Assembly: GCA_041651155.1 (NCBI GenBank)
Contig: JBAZJU010000001.1
Coordinates: 91,932 to 155,931, forward strand
DNA from: Patescibacteria group bacterium
GTDB lineage: Bacteria; Patescibacteriota; Patescibacteriia; CAIXNZ01
Length of the DNA: 64,000 nt
Direction of reading: 5' to 3'
The position numbers were made by a program, and so were the translations under genes. Below the pieces are notes generated by a model, which saw only the letters and a list, made by a program, of their open reading frames with translations, was not told where the DNA came from and searched no databases. Shown piece after piece: positions 10,734 through 19,725 of this stretch (positions within the stretch are counted from its first letter, which is position 1; every line of letters starts with the position of its first letter).

Positions 10734-10825
10734 TTAAAAATTAATGCCGCGAAGCGGCAGGCTGTCAGACTTGGACAAGGCCAGGTTTAGGCAGGATAAT
10801 TAAAAATTAAAAAATTAAAAACACT

Positions 10826-11545
10826 ATGGACATCAAATCATTGAGACCCAAAGACAAAGCTGGCAAAAAGAAAATGCCGAAAATTTTAAAAACAGTTTTA
10901 ATAATTCTTTTGATCGCTTTTGTAGGTTTTGGTATTTATGCTGAATTAAGCAATTTAGGCTACATTAAAACTTTTCAATTAGCCTGGCAAATCCAGCACC
11001 AGCAGCAGCTTTCAGCTGAAGACAAAGCTATTTTAGCTCAATTGAAAAAAATTATGGTTCTGCCCGACGATGTTACACCTACCATGGCGGTTATTACTGA
11101 TATTGACGCCTTAAAAAAACAGCAGCCAACATTTTTTGCCAATGCCAAAAATGATGATCGTTTAATAATTTATCCTGAGCAGGCAATTATTTTTGACGCT
11201 GCTGCTAATAAAATTATTAAAGTCGGCCCGGTGCAAATTAACCAGGCTACCCAGATCCAGTCTGAAAATTTTGCGATTTATAATAGCTTAAAAGATGATC
11301 CGAATAATTTACAGACAACTGCGATGGAAGCAAAAATTAAGGCAGCTTTTGGTAATGCGGTGGTGTCTGTCAAGGCTAATTCTGCAAAATCTGATTATCC
11401 CAAAACTTTAGTGATTGATATTGCAGGCAATAATCCGGATATTCAAAAAATTGCTGATGCTTTGGGCGGTCAAATTTCAGGTCTGCCAGTAGGAGAGAAA
11501 AAACCAGAGGGAGTAGCTGTTTTGGTGATTATTGGAAAGGAATAA
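10826..11545 (+). CDS. Membrane-anchored protein with a LytR_C-like C-terminal domain
   Basis: An N-terminal TM helix, and the C-terminal PKTLVIDIAGNNPDIQKIADALGG...VAVLVIIGKE resembles the LytR/CpsA/Psr C-terminal domain. Confidence 0.35.
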   Translation: MDIKSLRPKDKAGKKKMPKILKTVLIILLIAFVGFGIYAELSNLGYIKTFQLAWQIQHQQQLSAEDKAILAQLKKIMVLPDDVTPTMAVITDIDALKKQQPTFFANAKNDDRLIIYPEQAIIFDAAANKIIKVGPVQINQATQIQSENFAIYNSLKDDPNNLQTTAMEAKIKAAFGNAVVSVKANSAKSDYPKTLVIDIAGNNPDIQKIADALGGQISGLPVGEKKPEGVAVLVIIGKE

Positions 11546-11628
11546 TCAGTAAAAGCACCAAACAACAAATTCCAAATATCAAATAAACACCAAAAAATAA
11601 ATAACAAATTACAAACAAAAATAAAAAT

Positions 11629-11901
11629 ATGGAGAGAAAATTCGATTTAGAAGATCGCACTTTAATTTTTGGAAAAGAAATAATACATTTGTGTAAATCT
11701 TTGCCTGCAAATACTATAAATTTCAGGTTAATTGATCAAATTATACGTTCAGGGACTTCTATGGGAGCGAATTATAGAGAGGCGAATGAAACAGAAACCA
11801 AAAAAGATTTCAAACATAAAATAAGGATTTGCTTAAGAGAGTGTAAAGAAACGGGATATTGGTTGGAACTTATTGAAGAAGCTAACCCCCCCCCCTTTTA
11901 A
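11629..11901 (+). CDS. four-helix-bundle protein (TIGR02436), apparently frameshifted at a C10 homopolymer; the C-terminus continues in the +1 frame to about 11970
   Basis: The N-terminus is paralogous to the 46668 protein (DLEDRTL.F.K..L.LCK...GANYREAN). The ORF stops as ...EANPPPF. The +1 frame then encodes KEKLRKLLQENNELRKIFASILIKSE, matching the paralog's C-terminus ...QLARIFASIGAKK. Confidence 0.6.
   Translation: MERKFDLEDRTLIFGKEIIHLCKSLPANTINFRLIDQIIRSGTSMGANYREANETETKKDFKHKIRICLRECKETGYWLELIEEANPPPF
11886..11895. repeat. C10 homopolymer tract at the frameshift point
   Basis: cccccccccc sits in an otherwise AT-rich genome, exactly where the reading frame of the four-helix-bundle gene breaks. 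Confidence 0.8.
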
Positions 11902-12009
11902 AGAAAAATTAAGGAAACTTCTACAAGAGAATAATGAGTTAAGAAAAATATTCGCTTCTATTTTAATAAAGTCTGAATAGTTTGAAATTTTGATGCTTGT
12001 TATTTAAGA

Positions 12010-12058
12010 TTTATTTGGCCTACGCCAACCGTAGTTGGCTTCGGCCAACGAAGGTTGG
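12010..12058 (+). repeat. Triple-palindrome element, copy A (gccaac-cgta-gttggc-ttcg-gccaac-gaag-gttgg)
   Basis: Three overlapping 5-6-bp hairpins with tetraloops cgta, ttcg and gaag. Same architecture as copies at 15166 and 46455 but with a different stem sequence. Confidence 0.6.
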
Positions 12059-12208
12059 AGCTTGGTATTTGCTATTTGGTTATTAAAAAGAGGGAGCTTT
12101 TAACCGAAGAACAATATAATTACATTGTTTCTGAACTGAACAAGTTACCTAAAGAAATTAATACTCTGGTAAAATTTACCCGCGAACGTATGTCAATTTA
12201 ATCATTTA

Positions 12209-12706
12209 ATGCTTAAATCATTTATTCATATAATTTCAACCATGAACAAAAAAAAGATTGAAAAATTTTTAAAATCAAAATTATTTTTTATTTTGGTTAT
12301 TATTGTTATTGTCCCTTTGGTAACAGCCGGAGTCTGGGCGGCAACAAATATAGGGACTGATATAGATACTGATGGGAATCTAACTGTTAGTGGCATGGCT
12401 GGTATAAAGAGCGCTACGCCAAGCTTTGATTTAGATGTTAATGGCAATGCCAGAATAACGAATAATAACTTTTTATATTTTGGCGGAACAGGAGCGCTTG
12501 ATACCACTGGTTCTTTACAACATGATGGTACGGATTTTATTTTCAGTACTCCTATTATGCCAACGGGTTATAAATCCAGTGGTGGATCTCCTGGCATAAC
12601 AATTGGAGTTACTGTTAAAGATGGAGATGGCAATAATTGCGCGCTTTTTTTCTCTGATGGTTTGCTGATAGTCACTGATTGCCCGCCTATCCCTCCGCCC
12701 ACTTGA
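12209..12706 (+). CDS. Small secreted protein sharing its N-terminal module with the giant surface protein
   Basis: A signal/TM segment followed by AATNIGTDIDTDGNLTVSG, compared with ATTIGADITTGGNLQVDGG in the 3582 protein. An alternative start lies at M12 (12242). Confidence 0.45.
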   Translation: MLKSFIHIISTMNKKKIEKFLKSKLFFILVIIVIVPLVTAGVWAATNIGTDIDTDGNLTVSGMAGIKSATPSFDLDVNGNARITNNNFLYFGGTGALDTTGSLQHDGTDFIFSTPIMPTGYKSSGGSPGITIGVTVKDGDGNNCALFFSDGLLIVTDCPPIPPPT

Positions 12707-12750
12707 GCTAGGCGCCAAATTCTCTTGAAAATATGTAATTAAAAAATGTC

Positions 12751-14352
12751 ATGAGCCTTAATTTGAATAGGAAAATTTTCATTATTTTAATTGCGTTTAT
12801 ATTTGTATTCGCTCCATTTGTTGTCGGCGCGATTAACGATGTGACAATCAACGGCATTGTTAACTTTAATCTTCTGACCGCTGATACAGCAGATTCAACT
12901 ACCATTTTAGCCGATACAGGCGGGCAGGTTACCTTGTTTAATGTTCAGTCAAATTATATTGATATTACTTTGGATAATTTATCGTCAGTAACTTTTAATG
13001 CTACTGCGCCCAGCCGCTATATTAGAATTTCTTATCAATCTGGTTCAACAGATTATACTATAGCGCCGGCTTGCCCAACAACAACTGCAACTTTAACTGG
13101 TACAGGCGCGCAAGTTGTTTTGCGCCTGGAAGTTTACACGACTAATATCTGTCCTCCGGGTCCAGGCGGAGGCGGTCATACGCCTGTTTTCCCGACTAAT
13201 TACTCGGTAAAAATAAATAGTGGAGCAGCTACAACATCTACCACTAGCGTGACTGTAAATTTAAGCGCTCAAAATGCTGTAGAAGTAGTGGTCAGCAATG
13301 ATCCGAGTTTTATTGGCGCTACCTGGCAATCATTTACAAACCCTCTGAATTTACCCTGGACGCTAACCTCTGGTGATGGCACAAAAACTGTTTATGTAAT
13401 ATACAAAAGTTCAGATGGCAACCTAAGCCCGACTTTAAGCGCTTCTATAATTTTGCAAACTGGTACAGTCGTGCCGCCTGTGGTTCCGCCAGTTGTACCA
13501 CCTGTGGTTCCTCCTCCACCAGGACAATGTGCGATTGATTGTTCTTCAATTACTTATGACCTTTATATTGTTAATCCAAATGGGACAGAAAGGCATATTA
13601 ATACGCTTTATGCCAAGGCTCTTGCTTTAGCTCCTGAAAAAATTCAGTATAGCTTTGAAGATAATGTAGATTTTAATTATAAGGATGTTATTATTATTGT
13701 AGATAAAAGCCAGTGCTCGAGCAGAAAAATTGAAGTAACGGCAGTCAATGGCTCTTGGCACCATCAGATCAAGATAAAATTATTTAATAACGGGCAATTA
13801 TCTGAAGATATATTACTGTGGCCGGATTCCCATTTAGCCATTGGCCAAACCAAGACCATAAATTTTGTAGATTATTCCAGCCTTTGTTTGCAGGAAGTGA
13901 CTTTGAATTCAGGCGATGTTTTTAAAGGCAGCGGAGACACGGTTTATTATTATGGCGCTGATGGCAAGCGTTATATTTTTCCCACTCTCGGCACCTACTT
14001 AAGCTGGTATCCAGATTTTAGCCAGGTTAAAAGAGTGCCGGACAGTCAGTTGCCCAGCATTCCATTAGGTACAAATATTACTTATAAACCCGGCGTTAAA
14101 ATGCTAAAAGCCCAGACTTTGCCAAATGTTTACGCGGTTGATCTCCATGGCGTTTTAAGATGGATTACTTCTGAGACAGTCGCCGCCAGCTTATATGGTT
14201 CGGAATGGAATAAAAACATAGATGATTTAAGCGATGCATTTTTTAGTGATTATATAATTGGGGACGATATTACGAGCGCAACTATTTTTATTCCCAGTTT
14301 GACAAGCGCAGCTGCAATTGATATTAATTATGATAAGCGGATTACGCCTTAA
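12751..14352 (+). CDS. Secreted protein with a (PVVP)n proline linker and the C-terminal ~125-aa shared surface-targeting domain
   Basis: A signal peptide, PPVVPPVVPPVVPPPP, and a C-terminal VYYYGADGKRYIFPTLGTYLSWYPDFSQVKRV...LRWITSETVAASLYGSEW that is homologous to domains in the 47459, 54421, 56633 and 58323 proteins. Confidence 0.6.
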   Translation: MSLNLNRKIFIILIAFIFVFAPFVVGAINDVTINGIVNFNLLTADTADSTTILADTGGQVTLFNVQSNYIDITLDNLSSVTFNATAPSRYIRISYQSGSTDYTIAPACPTTTATLTGTGAQVVLRLEVYTTNICPPGPGGGGHTPVFPTNYSVKINSGAATTSTTSVTVNLSAQNAVEVVVSNDPSFIGATWQSFTNPLNLPWTLTSGDGTKTVYVIYKSSDGNLSPTLSASIILQTGTVVPPVVPPVVPPVVPPPPGQCAIDCSSITYDLYIVNPNGTERHINTLYAKALALAPEKIQYSFEDNVDFNYKDVIIIVDKSQCSSRKIEVTAVNGSWHHQIKIKLFNNGQLSEDILLWPDSHLAIGQTKTINFVDYSSLCLQEVTLNSGDVFKGSGDTVYYYGADGKRYIFPTLGTYLSWYPDFSQVKRVPDSQLPSIPLGTNITYKPGVKMLKAQTLPNVYAVDLHGVLRWITSETVAASLYGSEWNKNIDDLSDAFFSDYIIGDDITSATIFIPSLTSAAAIDINYDKRITP

Positions 14353-14382
14353 ATATATTTAATTAATAATTAATTAAAATTT

Positions 14383-15066
14383 ATGGACTTCCTAAGTTCA
14401 ATTGGCCAAGCTATTATCGATGCCCTGGTTATTCTCTGGGACAAATTAATAGCTTATTTGCCGAATTTGATTGCCGCAATCATTATTTTAATCGTCGGCA
14501 TTTTGATTGCCAAGGCGATTGAAAAATTAATTCAAAAAGTTATTGAAGCTCTTAAAGTTGATGATTTAATCAGAAAAATCAACATTGTCAAAAAGATTGA
14601 AGAATCAGGCACTAAAGTAATTTTTTCTCAGATTTTTGCCTGGCTGGTCAAGTGGTTTTTGTACGTTGCTCTTTTAATTGCTGTTTCCAGCATTTTAAAT
14701 CTTGGGCAATTCACTGACTTTTTGAAATCAATTGCCTTGTATCTGCCAAATGTAATAATTGCAGTCTTGATCTTAGTAGCTGGTTTAGTTTTAGGTTCAT
14801 TTATTGAAGAACTTTTGGTTAAGATCTTGGTTAGCACTAAAGCTAAAGTAGCAGCCTTAGTTGCAAAGGTTGCCAAATGGGCAATTGTAATTTTCAGTGT
14901 TTTAGCTGCTTTGATTCAATTAAATGTGGCGCCGATTTTAATTCAGACATTATTTACAACTATTGCTATGGCTATTGCCTTGGGCGCTGCTTTAGCCTTT
15001 GGCCTGGGGGGCAAAGATGCTGCCAAAGATTGGATTGACCAGATTAAAAAGGAAATTAATCGTTAA
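14383..15066 (+). CDS. Membrane protein with conserved TM-helix repeats (MscS-related or TM_helix type)
   Basis: Four or more TM segments with a repeated I.A..IL.VG.L.AK pattern. Confidence 0.35.
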   Translation: MDFLSSIGQAIIDALVILWDKLIAYLPNLIAAIIILIVGILIAKAIEKLIQKVIEALKVDDLIRKINIVKKIEESGTKVIFSQIFAWLVKWFLYVALLIAVSSILNLGQFTDFLKSIALYLPNVIIAVLILVAGLVLGSFIEELLVKILVSTKAKVAALVAKVAKWAIVIFSVLAALIQLNVAPILIQTLFTTIAMAIALGAALAFGLGGKDAAKDWIDQIKKEINR

Positions 15067-15165
15067 TTTTTTTTAGAAAATATATAAGAACCCTGTTTCG
15101 CTAGAAGCAGGGTTTTTTGGTATAATAAGGTTAAATAACAAATGACAAAAATCAAATAACAAACC

Positions 15166-15203
15166 TTTGTTTGCTGTAGCAAACTACGGTTTGCGAAGGC
15201 AAA
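15166..15203 (+). repeat. Triple-palindrome element, copy B (gtttgc-tgta-gcaaac-tacg-gtttgc-gaag-gcaaa)
   Basis: Near-identical to copy C. It is preceded by A/C-rich AAATAACAAA-type repeats at 15131-15165. Confidence 0.6.
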
Positions 15204-15239
15204 AAAATATCAAATAATAAAATCCAAAATTTTAAATTT

Positions 15240-17591
15240 ATGTCTGAATTGATTTTGAAATTCTCCCAAGTATCCATAAAAGATGTTGGCAAAGTAGGTG
15301 GCAAAAATGCCAGCTTGGGTGAAATGTTTAGGAATTTAATTAAAAAAGGGATTAGTATTCCTGATGGTTTTTGTACTACTGCCAAGGCATGGCAGTATTT
15401 TTTGGAGTATAATTCTTTAAAAAAGCCTATTAAGGAATCTTTGCTAAAGTTAGATAAGAATAATCTGGAAAGTTTGGAATTAACTGGCGCTAAGATCAGA
15501 AATTTAATCATGCGCGGCAGTATTCCGCCAGATTTGGCTGCTGAAATTATTGCAAGTTATAAATTACTTTCCAAGAAATACATGGTTTTAAATGTTGACG
15601 TGGCAGTGCGTTCAAGCGCCACTGCTGAAGATTTGCCAGGCGCTTCTTTTGCCGGCCAGCAGGAATCATATTTAAATATCAAAGGCGAGAAGGAACTACT
15701 TTTAGCCATTAAAAGATGTTTTGCCTCATTGTATACAAATCGCGCAATTTCATATCGCGAAGACCAGGGTTTTAATCATTTGAAAGTTTATTTATCTGTT
15801 GGCGTCCAAAAAATGATCCGTTCTGATTTGGCTTCAGCTGGCGTGATGTTTACGATTGATACAGAATCTGGCTTTAAAGATTTAATAATTATTAATTCTT
15901 CATATGGTTTGGGAGAAAATGTTGTGAAAGGCAGAGTCACGCCTGATGAATTTTTTATCTGGAAATCAAATTTGAAAATTATTAAAAAAGAGCTCGGCAG
16001 TAAAAAAAGAAAATTAATTTACACTAATAATTTAAAAAATCCAACAAAAAATATTTTGGCTGCGCCAAATGAGCGCCAGCAGTTTTCTTTAAAAAATTCT
16101 GAGATTTTGCAGCTGGCAAAATGGGCGCAGATTATTGAGCGCTATTACAAACGTCCCATGGATATTGAGTGGGCCAAAGACGGCCAGGCAAATAAATTGT
16201 ACATTGTCCAAGCACGGCCTGAGACAGTTGAGTCTTTGGTTAATCCCAATATTTTAGAACAATATATTTTGCCCAAAAGAGGGAAAGCAATTTTAAGTGG
16301 GGAAGCCATAGGTCAGAAAATTGCCACTGGCAAAGTTAAAATTATTAAAAATGTTAAACAATTAGGTGCTTTTAACCCGGGCGAGATATTGGTGACTGAA
16401 ATGACTGATCCTGATTGGGAGCCGGTTATGAAAAAAGCCGCTGGCATTATTACTAATTCAGGCGGGAGAACCTGCCATGCGGCCATTGTTTCGCGCGAAT
16501 TGGGCGTGCCGGCAATTGTGGGCAGTAAAATTGCCACCAAAATTTTAAAAGACGGGCAGAAAATTACTTTAAGCTGCGCTGAAGGTGAAAATGGTCGTGT
16601 TTACGATGGATTTTTACCATTTAAAATCAAAAAGACTGATTTGCGCAAGGTAAAAAAGCCTAAGGTAGATATTATGATGAATCTTGGCGACCCAACCCAG
16701 GCTTTTAAATATTCTTTTTTGCCCAATGAGGGTATTGGTTTGGCGCGTTTGGAGTTTATAATAACCAACTATATTAAAATCCATCCCTTAGCGCTCACGA
16801 ATTATCACAAATTGCCGGCTAATTTAAAAAAGCAGATTAATGACTTAACTTCTGCCTATAAAAACAAAACTGATTTTTATGTAGAGCAATTAGCGTTTGG
16901 TATTGCCCAGATTGGAGCTGCTTTTTATCCCAAAGATGTGATTGTGCGCTTTTCTGATTTTAAAACAAATGAATATGCCAATTTAATCGGCGGGGAATTA
17001 TATGAGCCAAAAGAAGCAAATCCAATGATTGGCTGGCGTGGCGCCTCAAGATATTATGATCCGAAATTCAAACCCGCTTTTGATTTGGAATGCCAGGCCA
17101 TAAAAAAGGTCAGAAATGAAATGGGTTTAACCAATATCAAGGTGATGGTGCCGTTTTGCCGCACCTTAGAAGAAGCTAGAAAAGTTATCCAAATATTAAG
17201 GCAAAACGGCCTCAGGCAAGGCCAAAATGGTTTACAGGTTTATGTCATGGTTGAGATTCCCAGCAATGTAATTTTGGCAGATGAATTTGCTAAAATTTTT
17301 GATGGGTTTTCAATTGGTTCCAATGACTTAACTCAATTAACTTTAGGTTTAGACCGGGACTCGGAATTAATTTTACAAATCGGTGATGAAAGAAACGAGG
17401 CAGTAAAAAAACTGGTCATTCAGGCAATTAAATCAGCTAAAAGGGCTAAGATAAAAATCGGCATTTGCGGCCAAGCACCGTCTGATTTCCCTGATTTTGC
17501 CCGCTTTTTAATGGAAGAAGGAATTGATAGCATTTCTTTAACTCCAGATACGGTAATAAAAACACGCCTTGATTTAAGCAAAAAGAGGTGA
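15240..17591 (+). CDS. ppsA: phosphoenolpyruvate synthase (pyruvate, water dikinase)
   Basis: An N-terminal VGGKNASLGEM ATP-grasp motif and the PEP-utilising mobile-domain motif GGRTCHAAIVSRELGVPAIVG. The C-terminal PEP/pyruvate domain is present. Length 783 aa. Confidence 0.85.
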   Translation: MSELILKFSQVSIKDVGKVGGKNASLGEMFRNLIKKGISIPDGFCTTAKAWQYFLEYNSLKKPIKESLLKLDKNNLESLELTGAKIRNLIMRGSIPPDLAAEIIASYKLLSKKYMVLNVDVAVRSSATAEDLPGASFAGQQESYLNIKGEKELLLAIKRCFASLYTNRAISYREDQGFNHLKVYLSVGVQKMIRSDLASAGVMFTIDTESGFKDLIIINSSYGLGENVVKGRVTPDEFFIWKSNLKIIKKELGSKKRKLIYTNNLKNPTKNILAAPNERQQFSLKNSEILQLAKWAQIIERYYKRPMDIEWAKDGQANKLYIVQARPETVESLVNPNILEQYILPKRGKAILSGEAIGQKIATGKVKIIKNVKQLGAFNPGEILVTEMTDPDWEPVMKKAAGIITNSGGRTCHAAIVSRELGVPAIVGSKIATKILKDGQKITLSCAEGENGRVYDGFLPFKIKKTDLRKVKKPKVDIMMNLGDPTQAFKYSFLPNEGIGLARLEFIITNYIKIHPLALTNYHKLPANLKKQINDLTSAYKNKTDFYVEQLAFGIAQIGAAFYPKDVIVRFSDFKTNEYANLIGGELYEPKEANPMIGWRGASRYYDPKFKPAFDLECQAIKKVRNEMGLTNIKVMVPFCRTLEEARKVIQILRQNGLRQGQNGLQVYVMVEIPSNVILADEFAKIFDGFSIGSNDLTQLTLGLDRDSELILQIGDERNEAVKKLVIQAIKSAKRAKIKIGICGQAPSDFPDFARFLMEEGIDSISLTPDTVIKTRLDLSKKR

Positions 17592-17617
17592 TAAGATGGG
17601 TTTAAAGCGTAAATTAC

Positions 17618-17646
17618 TTGACAAGTAATTAAAAATGTGCTATAGT
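17618..17646 (+). promoter_or_regulatory. Consensus-like sigma70 promoter TTGACA-N17-TATAGT
   Basis: ttgaca at 17618-17623, a 17-nt spacer, and tatagt at 17641-17646. An AGGAGG RBS lies 7 nt before the GTG at 17677. Confidence 0.6.
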
Positions 17647-17676
17647 TAAGGAACTAAAATAATACAGGAGGTTTTC

Positions 17677-17922
17677 GTGAAAAGAATGGAATCAGAGATC
17701 CTTGGGGCTATTTCCTTTTGCATCGTCATCTTCTTCTTTTTCTGGGTTTGCGCTGCTGCGGCCGACCCACTCCAGGTGTCGTTGCTGGCCAAAGTGCCAA
17801 GCTTCTACGCCTTCGGCATCCTTTTTCTGGGCTTGTGGTTGGCAATACTTTCCAGCCACGGCAACGAACAGACACTTCGGAAAATGAAGAAAGGCCATAA
17901 GGCCTACGTAGACAAGTATTGA
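17677..17922 (+). CDS. GC-rich orphan small membrane protein (81 aa, two predicted TM helices), GTG start
   Basis: A strong RBS and a canonical promoter and terminator. Local GC is well above the genome background. ORFs open on several frames are typical of a GC-rich insert. Confidence 0.45.
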   Translation: MKRMESEILGAISFCIVIFFFFWVCAAAADPLQVSLLAKVPSFYAFGILFLGLWLAILSSHGNEQTLRKMKKGHKAYVDKY

Positions 17923-17950
17923 GGTACGATCAGTGCCTCAATCTTGCAGC

Positions 17951-17979
17951 GAGGTTCCATCAAGGAACCTCTTTTTTTT
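17951..17979 (+). terminator. Rho-independent terminator (gaggttcc-atca-aggaacctc plus T8)
   Basis: An 8-9-bp stem followed by a run of 8 T. Confidence 0.7.
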
Positions 17980-18054
17980 ATGCTCAAAATTCGCTATAAT
18001 TTAATAATAAGAGCAAGAAGAGCTAGATGAGCAATAGGTGAAATAAGTGAAAAA

Positions 18055-19716
18055 ATGAATATAAAATTTATTTTTATGAGTCTTAAAGAGCTTGTCAAAA
18101 GCATAACAAAAAAAGAATGGCGGTTTGTCATTCTTTTGAGTATTGTAATGATTTTGATTTTCGGCCTGCCTTGTATTTATGCTTATTTAAATGCGCCAGT
18201 AGGCTATTTTTATAATGGTTTGCATACTTTAACCCCAGGCGATTATCCTGTTTATTTTTCCTATATTAATCAAATTAAAGCAGGCCATTGGGAATTAAGG
18301 GATTATTTCACTTCTGAAGCCCAGCCGCTTGGGCTTTTAAATTTTTTTTGGCTGGCAATTGGTCTGATGGCCAGGCTTTTTTCTTTGCCGGCTGATATTG
18401 CCTTTCATCTGGCTAGATTTTTATTGATTCCTCTTTTTTTTATAATTTTTTACATTTTTACTTCATATTTTTTTACTTCAAAAAATCAAAGAAAATTAGC
18501 AGTACTTTTTATTGCATTCTCTTCAGGCATCGGCACATTTTTTGCCAGCTATTTTCTTAAATATCCTTTTAGCTTAGATGATGCTACCTATAAATGGCCG
18601 CTTGATTTTTGGATTCCTGAGCTTAATGTTTTTTCAATTTTAAGCCATTCGCCTCACATAATTTTCTCCTTTATTTTAATGGTGGCTTTTATTTTATTAA
18701 TGCTTTTGGCCTGGGATAATCATAATTATTGGTATAGTATGGCTGCTGGCATAGTCGGCTTTGTCTGGTTTAATTTCCATCCTTTTTTCTTTCCTTATGT
18801 GGTTTTTATTTTATTGCCATATCTAATCTATCTCATTGTTAAAACTAAAAAAATAAAATTGGCTGGGCATTATGTTTTAGCCATGATTTTAAGCTCACCT
18901 TTTGTTTTCTACCACTACTATAAAATTAAAACTGACCTGGTTATTGGCGCCAGAGCCAGCCAAAACATTTTATTAACCCCGCCTTTTCTTTTTGTATTTT
19001 TGGGTTTTGGCTTTTTATTGATTTTTTCTGTTATCGCCATAGTTTATTTAGCTCAGAAAAAGTTATTATTTAAAAATAGTAAGCATGTTTTTTTAGTCAT
19101 TTGGCTAATAGCTAGCTTGTTTTTGATTTATGCGCCTATTTTTTTCCAGAGGAGATTTTTAATGGGCATGCAAATTCCCATGGTATTTTTGATTGTTATT
19201 CTTTTGGCAGATTGGGTAAAATCACATCCAAACTCCAAAATATTGGCCAATAAATTTTTGTTTATCGTATTGTTTGTTATCTTTTTTTGTTTTTCATCGT
19301 TTTTTAATCTGGTCAGAGATGTCTACTATTTTCATACCCATTTTTACCATTTTTACTTGCCGCAGGAATTTAAAACCGGGCTTAATTGGTTAAATGATAA
19401 TAATCAAGCCAATAAAGCAATTTTAAGCTATGAATTAACAGGGGAATTTATTCCTGGTTATATCAATCAGCCTGCTTATCTGGCTCATGGAATTGAAACT
19501 ATAAATTATCAAGACAAAAGAAACGAGGTTTATAAATTTTTTGCTGATCAATTTAGCGAAGATCAGGCCAGAGAATTTTTAAAAACCAATCAAATTGGCT
19601 ATGTGTTTTTTACTGATTTAGAAAGAACTTACGGTCAAATTAAGCCGGCTGGCAAAGATTATTTGCAGTTGGTTTATTCAGCCGGACAGGTAGAGATTTA
19701 CGCGGTTAAAAATTAA
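18055..19716 (+). CDS. Polytopic membrane protein, possibly a GT-C-fold membrane glycosyltransferase
   Basis: About 12 TM helices followed by a C-terminal soluble domain. No decisive motif. Confidence 0.3.
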   Translation: MNIKFIFMSLKELVKSITKKEWRFVILLSIVMILIFGLPCIYAYLNAPVGYFYNGLHTLTPGDYPVYFSYINQIKAGHWELRDYFTSEAQPLGLLNFFWLAIGLMARLFSLPADIAFHLARFLLIPLFFIIFYIFTSYFFTSKNQRKLAVLFIAFSSGIGTFFASYFLKYPFSLDDATYKWPLDFWIPELNVFSILSHSPHIIFSFILMVAFILLMLLAWDNHNYWYSMAAGIVGFVWFNFHPFFFPYVVFILLPYLIYLIVKTKKIKLAGHYVLAMILSSPFVFYHYYKIKTDLVIGARASQNILLTPPFLFVFLGFGFLLIFSVIAIVYLAQKKLLFKNSKHVFLVIWLIASLFLIYAPIFFQRRFLMGMQIPMVFLIVILLADWVKSHPNSKILANKFLFIVLFVIFFCFSSFFNLVRDVYYFHTHFYHFYLPQEFKTGLNWLNDNNQANKAILSYELTGEFIPGYINQPAYLAHGIETINYQDKRNEVYKFFADQFSEDQAREFLKTNQIGYVFFTDLERTYGQIKPAGKDYLQLVYSAGQVEIYAVKN

Positions 19717-19725
19717 ATTTATCAT

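Noticed and set aside
17692-17900. Three additional ORFs (17692..17898 on the - strand, 17702..17887 and 17718..17900 on the + strand) overlapping the small GC-rich gene
   Set aside because: These are a GC-richness artifact. Only the 17677 frame has an RBS, promoter spacing and a hydrophobic helix pattern.
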